Assembly: GCA_002633005.1 (NCBI GenBank)
Contig: NMRA01001003.1
Span: 1-64,000 of the forward strand
Source: Phoronis australis
Taxonomy: Eukaryota > Animalia > Phoronida
Direction of reading: 5' to 3'
Length of the DNA stretch: 64,000 nucleotides
The notes under the pieces were generated by a model. That model ran no database searches, had not been told where the DNA came from, and saw nothing but the letters and a program-made list of their open reading frames with translations. Below, in pieces: positions 1 through 13,260 of this stretch. The position numbers and the translations under genes were made by a program. Every line of letters starts with the position of its first letter. The first letter of the stretch is position 1.

Positions 1-727
1 TGTAGTCACCTCCCTTGTAGAAACTTATTTTCAAAACTTCACAAAAATCTCACAAAACTCTGAAGGTACGAGGTAAACATAAAAAATAATACAACAGAAC
101 CAGACGCCTACAAAGAGAGATAAAGGTAATATACACCCACATTAAGTATATGAGGGTGCATAATAAAAGATGAACATAAAGACAGGATGATTAAAAAGTC
201 ACAAAGTTTGAATCAAAATTCCTAGACCAATGAAACTACGAATCACTGGTTATCCTTCACATATTTCACCATTCCTGGAATTTCCACAACATAGCCCCTC
301 CTCAAAATAGGCCCATGGACCCCTCAAATATAAGCCCTGAGAGCCATAATGAAAAAAATTTTCCAGTTTGCATCGTTTACCAACATGAACAGGGGCGGCT
401 ATACAAAAAACAGAAACAGGTTATTTCAGCATGTTTTTGACAAAACTATTAACCATAAACTTCTTTAACTAGCGGTAACATTGATACCATAAAATCTCTT
501 AATAATGGTGCTACTATTGGCCAATGGTGCTGTTCATTTGTAGGTCCAGGCTAATATTTGGACGTACTAGAAAGTTAAACATAGTGCCATTTTCGAAATA
601 CCCGGCTTACCATCATAAGTTGATGGTAGTTATTGTTCTGGACCTAATTAATTATGCACACCTCATAACAAAGTGACTTAAGTTTCCTGCATCTTGTTTC
701 TGTGGTCTATTTCAAAAACACAAGAAC
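1..727 (+). repeat. Direct duplication, copy 1 (partner 1878-2622)
   Basis: Near-identical sequence from tgtagtcacctcccttg to caaaaacacaagaac, differing by scattered substitutions and small indels. Confidence 0.95.
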
Positions 728-1207
728 ATGTCGTGAACACATCCACTAAAACAAGAAACTGTAGGAACACTGCATTTATCCACCTTCACTCTTATCAGGC
801 TTCTATTGTGAGTCAGCATGCGTGAATAATTGGCTGATAAGCCACCTCTGGAACTACTTTGGGCTGAATGGATGACCAGGCCATAAAATGATAATTAGCC
901 AAGACCAGTTACTATAATGCAACAAAGAACAAGTAATAATGTCTTGCATCACCTAGCCTTGGTGGAAAGCTGTATACTGTATTGGCTCAAACAAACGCTT
1001 AGAAAAATTCATTTCACGGGGAGGGGACGCTTATTGTAGTGAGCCTACGGCAGTTGAAACCCGGTTTCCCAAACGGGTAAAATCGGAAGCTAGGATTCAT
1101 CAAATTTACGCTCTGTGACGTATTTGTAGCCTATGACAGCCTTTCTACAAAATTGTGGTGCATTGCTATCAACTTCCGTTGTTAAATTACGATAATTTTT
1201 CAAAAAA

Positions 1208-1328
1208 NNNNNNNNNNNNNNNNNNNNNNNNNNNNNNNNNNNNNNNNNNNNNNNNNNNNNNNNNNNNNNNNNNNNNNNNNNNNNNNNNNNNNNNNNNNNN
1301 NNNNNNNNNNNNNNNNNNNNNNNNNNNN
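1208..1328. other. Assembly gap (121 N)
   Basis: Run of N. Confidence 1.
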
Positions 1329-1517
1329 CTCGAGGACTTAGGAATATCATCAGGTAATTTCTCATTGACCAGTTTCATGAATGTCTAACAAATTGTCACA
1401 TTTGATATAAAATACTCCATAGTTCCGCGTGGACTAATTCTTGCTGAGACTTTGTAAGGGCATTCGAGATTTCATCGCTACATCATGTTCAGCACACATA
1501 CGTAATATATGAAAAAG

Positions 1518-1680
1518 TGCGTCATATTACGAAAAAAACGTGTAATATGACGCATGTTTGCGTGATATGACGCAGATTTGTGTGATATTACGCATATTTG
1601 CGTTACGGTGACGCACGCATGCGTTATATTACGCATTTTTGCGTTACGTTACGCAAACAATTTGCGTTACCGTTACACAC
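1518..1680. repeat. Tandem array of ~8 self-complementary ~20-bp units (TGCGTnAyrTnACGCA)
   Basis: Units such as tgcgtgatatgacgca, tgcgttatattacgca and tgcgttacgttacgca separated by about 4-7 nt. Confidence 0.85.
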
Positions 1681-1877
1681 ATTTTTTTTAATTGCCAATT
1701 AACAAAAGTTCGTTTATCTGTTTTTCAAAATAAAAACAGAAAGGTGTTTAGAGAGTGAATGACTTTCATGTCAAGTCATTTTTGAGTACAATACTTGGAT
1801 ATTTTACATTTGCGTAACGTTACATTCCAGTTTGGGACTAAATGAGATTTTCCCTATTTAAATAAGATCGACTTTGA

Positions 1878-2622
1878 TGTAGTCACCTCCCTTGTAGAAA
1901 CTTATTTTCAAAATTTCACAAAAATCTCACAAAACTCTGAAGGTACGAGGTAAACATAAAAAATAATACAACAGACACCAGACGCCCACAAAGAGAGATA
2001 AAGGTAATATACACCCACATTAAGTATATGAGGGTGCATAATAAAAGATGAACATAAAGACAGGATGATTAAAGAGTCACAAAATTTGAATTAAAATTCC
2101 TAGACCAATGAAACTACGAATCACTGGTTATCCTTCACACATTTCACCATTCTTGGAATTTCCACAACATAGCCCCTCCTCAAAATAGGCCCATGGACCC
2201 CTCAAATATAAGCCCTGAAAGCCATAATGAAAAAATTTTTTCCAGTTTGCATCGTTTACCAACATGAACAGGGTCGGCTACACAAAAAACAGAAACAGGT
2301 TATTTCAGCATGTTTTTGACTTATCAACAAAACTAACTTATTATTAACCATAAACTTCTTTAACTAGCGGTAACATTGATACCATAAAATCTCTTAATAA
2401 TGGTGCTACTATTGGCCAATGATGCTGTTCATTTGTAGGTCCAGGCTAATATTTGGACGTACTAGAAAGTTAAACATAGTGCCATTTTCGAAATACCAGG
2501 CTTACCATCATAAGTTGATGGTAGTTATTGTTCTGGACCTTATTAATTATGCACACCTCATTACAAAGTGACTTAAGTTTCCTGCATCTTGTTTCTGTGG
2601 TCTATTTCAAAAACACAAGAAC
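1878..2622 (+). repeat. Direct duplication, copy 2 (partner 1-727)
   Basis: Same sequence as 1-727, with extra bases around 2320-2345. Confidence 0.95.
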
Positions 2623-3045
2623 TTCATTCCTTGTTGCTACGAGACATTCAGTATGAGTCGCAGAATGTAGACAATACACAGCCGTTGGAAAAGTTATAAG
2701 TTATCACAACTAATTCATTGTAAGGAAAGCTTTAGCCAGTATCTACCAAGTCAAGTCAAAATTTTTCTGACATGACTAGTTCTAATGATCAACCATGCGT
2801 GAGATGAGATTTTGTAGATTAGAGTGATACACTGTGGACACTGTATAAACTTCAAAAAAGATTAGACACAGGAAAAAACAATCACTAAACCCAGAAATGA
2901 CCCAGGTATTATCTGTAAGGGCCCATGAACAGAACATGGCAGTGAAGTGCAAATAGAATAACAATCATGTTAAATTTACTTTCTCCATAAATACAAAAAA
3001 CACACCACCAACGAAGACAATTGAAATGGTTGCCTAGCAACCTAC

Positions 3046-6000
3046 CTGAGGGCTGAGCGAAGGCAGCCTTGTGGGGATAGCTATTGTTGAGGTTCTGTTC
3101 ATGTCCACTGCCAGCCCAGCGAACACAGACACCTTGGTCGTATCTATAATAACATTGTACAGACTGTTAACATCAGTGTTATCTTCTGCTATGGATTTCA
3201 TGCTGAGATTACATGTTTCCAGGAACAAAAAATAATCACAAATTTTGCATAGTAGTCGAAAGAGAACAAAAACACTATAATCAGATAGAACGTCATCATG
3301 CAGTGTAATATCATAACCAAATCAAAATCATGATCAATTGTGAACTGAGCTTCATTGACTGAAGTCAATTTTAACTGTCTGTTTAAACAAGCAACGGGCC
3401 TCTTAAATTAAGGAATGTTTAACAGTTGCCTGTCTTAACAATTTAAAATGTTTAGAGTTTGAGCTCAAAATACAAACTGTTTGACAGCAGTATAAAAGTT
3501 TTGATTCACAAACATAAGGCACAATACACTTTATTCAATAACGTTACTACATCAAACCCGGCTCCACCTGTGGTCTTGGTACGATTGTGTGATTCTTACC
3601 AGTGTTGTTCTTAGTTTATGACATAATGTACTACAGGTTGCTGGGGAACCATTTATTGTTGCTTAGGCACTGCTGATGCTTGACTGAGCTTTAGCAAAAC
3701 ATTTAACATTGTATAATATAAGTGGAAAAAGGGATCAGGGTTTTGTTTCATATCTATTAAACTTTGTTCCTTGTGCAAGTTTTACAAATAATTCTTATCA
3801 CATTTTAAGGTTTATAATGTAGGACCCTCGAAAAATGGCCAAATTTGGCAAACTTCAGAATATCCTATCTCAGACATGGCTGGTCAGATTCATGTGAAAC
3901 TTTCAAATACCAGGCTTTGTGCACTGTTCTCCATAACAATGTTAAGAATAGTTTTTAAAATTTACCCCTTTTGCATGAGGACTATCAAAAATAGGAATTT
4001 TATGATTTTCATGAAAGAAAACCAAAAATTGCATAAAACGCAAACAAAACGATAATTTAGAAAACTGCAACAGAGTTTTTGAGACTTCATATTGTACATA
4101 TTTCTAACAAACAAAATTTGGTCAATGTGTTATTGATACCATAGTTTAGCTACTGATGTTCCTTAAGTTTCTTTTTTTGCTAAATTTTACTAAAACGCTG
4201 AAAATAAAAATAAATCAATTTCTGGACTTATGATAACATAGTGAATCGCTTACAGATGCCGAGATTGTACAACAGCAGGAGAGATGGGCAACAAAGCGCC
4301 TCATAGAGCAAGGATGGCAATACGGAGATGCAGCAAAAACTCGTATCAGGGGAAAAGATCGAAGAGTGTGTAACCAGCACGAACTTGGTTGCATCTCCAA
4401 ATTTACATTGCGTGCGATACTGGAAGGAAGAAGGCCAGAGACTATCCCGGTGCCTAGCCTCTGACGTCACCACAGAAACAGATAACATAGCGTCCCCATC
4501 TCAGAGACACTACATTGTCATTTATATATTAAAGTAAGTCCAGAAATTGATTTATTTTTGATTTGCATTATGCCACAACTGGATGAGTAACATACATTCA
4601 AGTTTTAAGACACGGCCACATGACCCAATAAAAAGCAGGTCAAATTATACAGGTTTTCTGCCCTTCAGAAAATACAAACTTTTACTGCGTTAAAATCTAG
4701 TTTAACATATTTGGCTACATACATGGACAAGTCGATAAGGTCCTACATAACCTTAAATTTGTCACACAAGAGTTAGGAAACTGTCCTTGACAAACCTTTT
4801 CTTTATCCAAGTAGCGTCCTTCAAAAACAGAGTCCATAATTGGTGGGTACCTGCCATAGCAATGACCAACACATCCGAGTCTGTAGAGCCTGGAATTATA
4901 CAGTACACAAAGTTGTTAGGTCAAGCGAAAGGCACAGTATTGTAGAAAAATCAAACTCAACAAGAACTATAAAGTCCATGTAGATGCTGATCAGTCCAAG
5001 TCCATCCTTAGGAGAATTAATTGTACAACCTTGAAAACAGTGCACTGACCTCTGGTGTCACAAGTCCAAAATCTCTCAAAATGGTAAGTTGTGAAATTCC
5101 CAAAAGGTTTGAACTGATGCTAGAAGTTTTCAAACATAATGGAAATAAGCAAAACTCGTTAGCAGGATATTCAAACTCATCAATAGCATGAGTTGAATAG
5201 GTTGAGGGGAACACTGCATTACAAAAAAGTGTGCCAAGGAATGTCAGTTGACAGAGCTTTCAACCAATGAATATTCATCCACGACTATCAGCAAGTGACA
5301 CGTTTCACAGATATTCCACTAATAATCTGTATTTTGCAACACTTTTTTCAGGAAGACGGAAGATTCTGTTGCTTAACTTTTAATTACACAAACAGGTTTG
5401 CAATAAACGAGTAACATTTCATTGTTCAATGTATAATTTCAGTCCCACGCATACAGACTGAGATATCAATATTTCAACAAAAATATGAAGAAGTAAAATT
5501 AGAACATCTAATTATGCATTAACATAATATTGAGAAGTAATATCCTGGTATGATTTATGTCACAGAATTGTCCAAGGAAATTATTATTTTGTATAAAGCT
5601 ATTAATAGAATAATTTGTCAAATTTAAGCTATTATTAACCTAGTATGTAAACATGACACATCAAAGATTTCCTCTTGTTTTCGTTACTTTCTTTGAGTTA
5701 TTGCTCATTATTATATTTTTAGTTAAGTAATTTATCGTTAGCTTGATGCCACGTCGCATTTGGTGACTTGGCGAAAATCCCAGGACTACAAACAAAATCT
5801 GAAATGAGGTTGCTAAAGGTGACAGCGAAATTTTCGACTAAAAAAAAGATTGTGCCCCACTCCATTCTCTGAAAATTATGCAGACCTCTTCAATTTCTCC
5901 ACGTAAAAGACATGCACCATTCAATCACTAAATCAAGTCCTGATAAAAAAGAATTCAAAGCGATCTCATAAACTGGTGGTGCGTTTCATGGTCCGACCTT

Positions 6001-7464
6001 GCCCAATTATTGTAGAATAATTCTCACTTCCGTCTGTTTACTTCCTGTTTATTGTAAATTAAGCGCTGTGTGCTGACTACAAATTAAATTAAAACACTGA
6101 TTTCACGAAATAAACAGATCAATTGTGAAGCAAAGATATTAAATCTTGGAAAACTGTTAGCAATTTAAAGTTTGGAGGTCACCTAAAACTTTGAAACGAA
6201 TTTTGGAGGAATTATTGTCTGACTTAGACAATCTCTGTGGCGACGTGGTGGCAAATTGGGATTTTTCCGAGGTAGCCAAACACAATCTGAGATTGAGCAC
6301 TGGGTTATATGTATATATAAGTCAGGATATAACGATTCATTTTATGGATAAATTCACTGTATTGCCTCATACTTAGTGTTGCAATAAAAAATATTAGGAA
6401 ATGATGACATACTATATTCTTGGAATACAGACTTCTGCTTTCTGAGAATATTCTTACTAACTGGCAACAGCTCATGGCTTATTTAGCCAAGATAACATAC
6501 TTCCTGTACTGTCTCTGCATATAAAGGTTACCACTAGTATTATAGTTTAGTCCGAACAAAGTATTTTACTCAACAAGATATTCTTGATACGTTAATATTG
6601 AAATATTACAGACGTTACTGACACCCACCTTCTGAGGGACAAAGAACCACATCCCAAGGTGAGCTGATCTCCTGCTCAGTTTCCATTCTACCTCCCTCCA
6701 AGTCTGACCCCTGGTGGCCAGTGCCAACAACAGTGACCACAACCTTACGATTTAAGTCAATCTGAAATTAGGGAAGAAAAAAACTGTTTTCAATTACCTG
6801 CTACAAAAGCAAATAATTCACAGATATAAGACCCTTACCACAAGATATGTCTGTTGTGTCATATGTAATAAACATGGCTTAAATGGTTGCATGGAGAAAT
6901 AATTATCAGGAAAGCAAAAGTAGCAGCCACATGTGTGCTAGCTTTAGGTGCATATAAAGACTTTAAACCAGGAGAGGAGTCAATAACAATAACAACCAGA
7001 TGCGTTTCATGTTTCACAATTTAGTAAAATCCTCCAGCCAGATGGCAGGGATAACTTTCAACTGGCATCTGTTGCCGAGTTGCAACACATCCGTATGAAA
7101 CTCATATCTTTCTGACATCACAATTGCGACATGATAGAAAGACTCACACTGTTCTGTCATGGTTACAATGTAATTGATAAATGAGCAAATCCTGGGTGTG
7201 CGGTACCAACGAATAGACACTTAAATCGAAGCTTCTCAGAAAGTTGAGTGGCCTTAAGGTAACTGATAACTTTTCAAGTCCAGGATTTTTGTATGTACTC
7301 CCTATTGAGATGATCTCTTCCGCCTGACATCCTCTTAGTTTAGACAATGGTTGACACAGAATGAGATGATCTGGTGCACCTCGCTCAACCTTAGTAAAAC
7401 TGGAGACACACTTGACACCACGGTGTCAACTCATTCAGAGTCAGCTTCTGTTTACACACACGCA

Positions 7465-7497
<33 letters not shown>

Positions 7498-10400
7498 AGT
7501 TGAGCTGAGACAACTCGTTGTTACGTATCAATTACTGTCGTGTAAATGTGATTATATGGTTAAAACACTACCAAGGCCACCTATATTTCTCTGATTGTAT
7601 TGTATTGTCCAACAAACTTCTGATCTAATACTACCACGCCACCTATGTATCTCGGATCACGAGGATAAAACATTACCAAGGCCACACATATCTCTGTGTA
7701 CCCAATACTCAGCTCTTAAACAGAGCTGAAGGTCCACCGGAGGGCTTTTCACCACTTGGTGAAATGGATATAAACCAAGAGAATGGGAGGAGTGTTAGTA
7801 CTAACCAAATCAAATTCCTTGACACGTTTACGAACCCGCAAAAGGTCTTACCAGTTGTATTTCTCCGCTTTAACTTTCCTCTAACGATTACGAATAAAAT
7901 CGTTTGCCATTGTCTACTCTTAGTTTTTGACGTAATGACGTCATGTATTGACCCGAACGCCAGCCAATAAGCCAGTGAATGCTTTAGTCCATGAGTTCAC
8001 TGGGAGGTTTAAAAATGCAAATGGCGGAGTGACAAACAAAAAGTAAGAAGTTGAACCTTCAAGTGAATAAGTTGTTTCAAAGGGCTCAATTTCCGTGCAG
8101 TTACATTCGCTGCATTATTTCATAAGATAGATGTGTTCCCACGATCCCAATTTCGACCAGTGCGAAATAATGTTTGACGTGCGATTCGAGTGTGATGTGT
8201 ATGGCACTTGATTCTACACTTTCACTGTGCGGACTTAAAACCCTACTTAAGGGGTGGTTTACTGACTAATCTCTTTGATGTCCATGTTACAACACTACCA
8301 AGGCCATCCATACCTCTCTAATGGTGTGATTTTCTGTGTCAGCAACGTAAAGTAGTCCACCAGTCTTGTAGCAAATACCTTGAGGAGAGTTGAACTGAGC
8401 CTCGTCAAATGATCCGTCGCGCAGACCCGGAGATCCAGAGCCAATACACTCCTTTGAAATACAACGCAAGATTACAATTCGAAATTAGCATTTAAAAGAA
8501 ACTTAAAGCTGCACTTCAATTGAAGTACCTTGACAACCCATGATGGAAAGTGACAAATAAAAATTGGATAGTCATTAAATACCATTTTCAGTTTTAGACC
8601 AAGGCCGCGTTTTGCATTATTTGATGCAGCCTAGGTACTAAGTGATTACCTTCTTCACCAGGGATCAAATTCCGTAAATAACTAATTTGCTATTTATAAA
8701 TCTATGGCTAAGATGTTAAGAACACTTGAGGACAGAATCTCATAATGAAAATAATGCCCAGAAGTTTATTATCATGTAACCCTGTCTTTTTAAACGTCAT
8801 AAATTTCAGACAGTCACAAATTTTTTGACATAAAATTTGTACATTTATTGTTTCTTTATTCTAATAGTTACAAAAAGAAGTCTGAAATTTTCTCAACGAC
8901 TTTTAGATGAAGAACAATACTGCTAAAAGTGATGACATCAACAGTCCTTATAAGTATACCAAACCCAGTTTTGACCTATTAACAGACACTAAAAAGACTT
9001 TCCCCGTCCTGTTCTGTGAAACAAAATAATGCTTTGTAGCCCTTGACAACACTCAAAAGTTTGGAGGAAAGTTTGAAAACACCTTTCAAAGTCTGCTAAA
9101 TGGGCAAGTGTGACCTATGCTTTTAGCGAATTACACGGTAACTGTGGGAAAACACCCACCAAGGACCATAATGTCCAATCTGACATTAAAGAGAACGAGT
9201 TTTTGGTCGATTCCTGATTTTAACTTCCTAAATTGACACCAATGATGTATTACCAGGTGACTGAACAAAGATTGGTTGAAATCATCAAAACAGGATTTAA
9301 TGTCATTTTAAGAAAGTGGAAGTCCTCAGTTGTGTTCTCAGGTTAAGATGCTTTAACAGAAAATCCCTGATATGCTTTCTTGTGTGAAAAAAGTATTGTT
9401 CGTGGAAATTATGTCAATTATAGTTAAAAATAACATTTTTTAAGGAGAAAATCCATTCACATGATTACAACCTTCTTTCCACTACTTCTGTAAACATGAC
9501 AAGATCACGGGATGCTCAACGATAGTTTCATGGGTTTAAATTTACTTATTAAAATTTCTTTATTAAAGAAATTTAAACCCAAGCAATGAAACTGGTTAGT
9601 TACCTTAAGTATAAGCTAAACAAGACAGGTTGGTGTGTGTGTGTCACATACTTTCAGTTGATAAAAGTACCATCAAATTGGCCTCATTTGCCAACAGAAA
9701 TTTTGTGTTGTCCTCTTGTAAAGTAATCTGAACTGTTTGGAAGAGTAGGACAAACACTACAACACTACAGTTTACTTCATTCTTTAACAATTTCTTACTA
9801 TGGCTATAGCAGGTATGACTTGTTACCTCAACAACACCAGTTTGTGAAACCACCACCAGAACTCTGTGGTGACCAGTGTCTGATATTATGAGTCTCTCTC
9901 CCGAATCATTCAAACAGATTTTTCCTGGAAACATCAGTGGTGAGCTAGGCAGAGATAACTTAATCGGTGCATGTCCGATGGGGTCAGACTTGATTATTCC
10001 ACGAGTCTGATACACACTCAGTGCTGCCGAGACAAAATCCAGCAGGATTTCCCTATGTCCCTCTCCGGCTAGAGATAGCAGTATGTGACCAGTAGGACCG
10101 ACGACAACCACAGTAGGCCAGCACATGATACCAAGACGGTTCCACATGGTTGTCTGATGGTCATTGACAACTGGATGTGTTATGTTGTAGCGCAGAATGG
10201 CACTGAGGATGTTGGCGGATGTCTTTTCATTGTCAAACTTGGCAGAGTGAACACCAACAATGACGAGCCCATCAGTGTCAGTGTGTTTGCTCTCTATGAC
10301 GTGAAGGTCAGGCAATATATGCATGCAGTTTATGCAGCAATATGTGAAAAAGTCCAGCAGACACACTTTGCCATCAAGCTGCTCTTTAAATGACAGACCT

Positions 10401-11167
10401 CTTGATACATTCATCCACTCCAGGCCTGAAATGTGAAGACATAGCTCAAAACAATTCTAGAAAATGAACAATGAAAATAATTATGTTCAAACCCAAACAC
10501 TTCATTTTTAAAAAACATAACAGCAAAGCGAATACTATTACTACTTCAACCAATCCTGCATAAGAGATGAAATGAGCAGTCATGTGAAAATAGGCAGGAT
10601 TCAAGGCCAGTGTTGGAAATGTATTGTAATTAATATGATATCGACAGAGATCAAAGCACCTATTTCCCTTATGACTAAAACAGATATCCAAGAAAGTTTC
10701 CTCAGAATCCTGAATTAAATATCTTCCACATGAATTAGATAAAGGGAACAATCTGGAGAGCTCAAATCTCTCACATACAACACTTAATTCACCACGCTTG
10801 AGTAGCACTTTTGGTAAATGTGCATAAACTTATTTAAGCTTGGACATGAATATTCAAGCTTGGTGAATATTAGTCAAGCTAGCTTTTGGGCTTATTTCAT
10901 GGTTAGTTTTACTGAAGCTTTACCTGCGCTCAGCAAACTATAAAGGGCCAAATCCTGTAACAGCTTACAGTGTCACAACTCAACATAGATTGGTGTCATG
11001 GAAAAACCATGCTACAGACCCATACCCTTATCAAACTCAGGCACTCTGAACTTGTGTTCTTCCATTTTGCTGATATGATCAAGTATTAAATCCCTCTTTG
11101 TGTCCTGCTTCCTCGCACTTTGCAACGCATCTTTAAGTTGAATGCTGGCATCTACCACAGTATCCAT
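3046..11167 (-). CDS. NHLRC2: NHL repeat-containing protein 2 (thioredoxin-like domain + NHL beta-propeller), 5' part; the gene appears to continue beyond position 1
   Basis: Coding exons 11167-11026, 10425-9827, 8451-8314, 6761-6629, 4889-4796, 3143-3046; all GT-AG and phase-compatible. Translation includes [12 protein letters not shown] (CCINC motif), [44 protein letters not shown] and [15 protein letters not shown], matching vertebrate NHLRC2 as recalled. An acceptor at 11231-11232 implies an upstream non-coding exon. Confidence 0.96.
4206..4559. mobile_element. MITE-like element with a 25-bp perfect inverted repeat
   Basis: aaaaataaatcaatttctggactta (4206-4230) and taagtccagaaattgatttattttt (4535-4559). 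Confidence 0.7.
5758..6281. mobile_element. Degenerate MITE with imperfect terminal inverted repeats
   Basis: tttggtgacttggcgaaaatccca versus tgggatttttccgaggtagccaaa. Confidence 0.5.
7455..7496. repeat. Compound microsatellite (CA)n(CACG)n(CA)n
   Basis: acacacacgcacgcacgcacgcacgcacgcacacacacacac. Confidence 0.95.
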
Positions 11168-11722
11168 TTTGCTTTACAGTCACACTTCCCTCGTCTTTCT
11201 GAACTCTAATGAATCCCCAAGCACAACAGCCTAGTAAAATGTAGAAAAAATTGCAAAATAGTAGTGAAATTTCTGACGATATTCATAATATGGTATTCAT
11301 AATATCAGAGGCATAAATTATTTCTACGGGCAGGAGCCAAGTTTAGAACGGCATTCTCTAGCATTAATGAGCAATCACTGACACCGTGACAGTACTATAA
11401 TAGGCCTACAGTACCAAGCACAAGGCTGCAGTCACTACAGACAGTACCACTGTCTCACCTGGCCCCATTAGAGAAGGTAACCATCCCTAGCCCTCCATAC
11501 ACTGGAAGCTTTTTGTCCAATTATGCCTCCCACTGACTAAACCATCAAAGTCATGTTGCTATAAGTACCATTTGCACAGAGAGGGACACCTCAGGAGGCC
11601 GTCAATGTCTTTAACTCTTCTCAGCTAACACAAATACTCCCAGAATTAAACTTTTCTTTTCTTTTCGAACAATCCTTCGTTCAGTAGCACAAATGGGCAA
11701 CTGGGCATTTTTACACAGCTCG

Positions 11723-11895
11723 CACCAGGGCATAGATTACTACATGGCGAAGCCGTTATCTCCCAAAATCTAGTGCCTGAGTGTATCTTGGAGAATTATC
11801 GTCCAAGGGTCATGAGCCCATTGGGCAATAATTCTCCAAAATCCCCGAGGGCTCTAAATAAGGGAGATATCGACTGAGAACATGTAATGTCTATT
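11723..11895. repeat. ~170-bp imperfect palindrome, probably the end of a non-autonomous DNA element extending to ~12800
   Basis: Outer arms tagattactacatg / catgtaatgtcta; inner arms ttggagaattatcgtccaa / ttgggcaataattctccaa. Confidence 0.65.
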
Positions 11896-13059
11896 TATAC
11901 CACATACTAAACAATAAACACTGCAACGAATCGGTCTGCCTGTCTCGACTCACCTTGGCTTTGGAACTACTTTCTATGTCAGAGGCCCAGGGTCGGAGGT
12001 CGTGACCTTTTAAGAAACGCTGAGTCATTCTTGTTAAAACAATGTTTTTATTTAGAACGAATTGAAAATTTAAACAAAATAGAAAAAAGTGAATCTATAA
12101 CTTTAAGTAAATAGGGTAACTTATAAAACATCTTATCATGCTAACCTTCCACCATGAAAATATCGTCTGCTAAAGTAGGTTACTGAATGTAATGTCCAAG
12201 TCAAAGATTCCCGAATCCCGATGACATGTTACCCACATTTAAACTGGAGATCGATTATTTACAAGTGAGAGAAAATAGATAAATTTTACTGAATTAAAGA
12301 TATCATTTTTATTAAAATTGTGACACCTTCTTTTTCACAGCATGTCGGTAAAATGCTGTTTGTTGAACATGCAATCATTGCACGTCCTCTTTTATTCAAT
12401 TTTCATGTAAGATGACGACAACTGCTCAGTGGTTAAAGCGACGGCTGTCGTTAAACTAAACTTGAGTGAAGACTGCTCGAATCCGGCAACAGATTCCCGC
12501 CAAAATGTTAATCAACACACGATGTTTAACATAATGCATGGGTTTATCAATGGTTGTAATCGCCATGTCAGGCTGATATGATATAAAACATCATATCCCC
12601 TGGCTTCCAGTGTATGGAGAGCCTATGGGTATAATACGGACTATGTCTATGGATGGAATGACTACCGTCTCTACTGGGGCTAGGCAACACGTTGTCCCTC
12701 GGGCTCGGCCTCGGTTGGCTCAGGACCCAGTGGCCAGTCCCAGGTTATCAAGTAATTGCCGATATTGGGGCCAGTTGGGACGGTGGCACTGCCTGTCTGT
12801 AGAGCTATGACTCACACGAATTAGAAAGTGAAATGGGCAAGCAGCAAACAAATCAATCAATACTGGGATCTCAGCAACAGAAAAGAAATTGAGGAAAGTT
12901 CTTTACAAACCAGCAAGTTGTCATCAGTTCAAAAACGTTTCCTGTCAAACGATTTCTGCTTTCAACACTGAAGAGAGCAGAAAATACCCAGACTGATCAA
13001 AATTTTTCTTCAGTATAGCACAAAATTGTCCGAAAAAACTCCTTTTCCAAGTAGTAGTA

Positions 13060-13260
13060 TTTTTACCGTTGCGCTGATATTAACAACACGTTTTTAGCAT
13101 ATATTACAATTAAATCCGCACATTGACAGATGTACTCTTTATTAGTGAAGGTTGAAAATGTCATCATCACGCTCGTCAACTGAAAATGGAAGAATGTGCG
13201 TCCTTTGACAACTACCTGCTTTTTGCGTCTAGTCTCAATTACATCGAATCATAAGATGGC
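13060..13260. promoter_or_regulatory. Probable shared divergent promoter region of NHLRC2 and CACUL1, with a YY1-like AAGATGGC over the CACUL1 start codon
   Basis: Genes are head-to-head; NHLRC2 needs an upstream non-coding exon (acceptor at 11231); candidate minus-strand donor near 13066; aagatggc at 13253-13260. Transcription start sites cannot be seen. Confidence 0.4.

Noticed and set aside
780-850. Next NHLRC2 exon (minus-strand LFTHADSQ resembles LFVADSE)
   Set aside because: Immediately followed by a stop codon and lacks the expected STVR continuation; the true exon probably lies left of the window
1090-1388. ORFs spanning the N run
   Set aside because: Artefacts of the assembly gap
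1518-1680. CRISPR-like array of palindromic repeats
   Set aside because: Linkers are only a few nucleotides, repeats are degenerate, there are no cas genes, and the context is a eukaryotic intron
3029-3041. Perfect X-box-type dyad GTTGCCTAGCAAC
   Set aside because: Sits just inside an internal NHLRC2 intron, far from any evident promoter; plausible by chance
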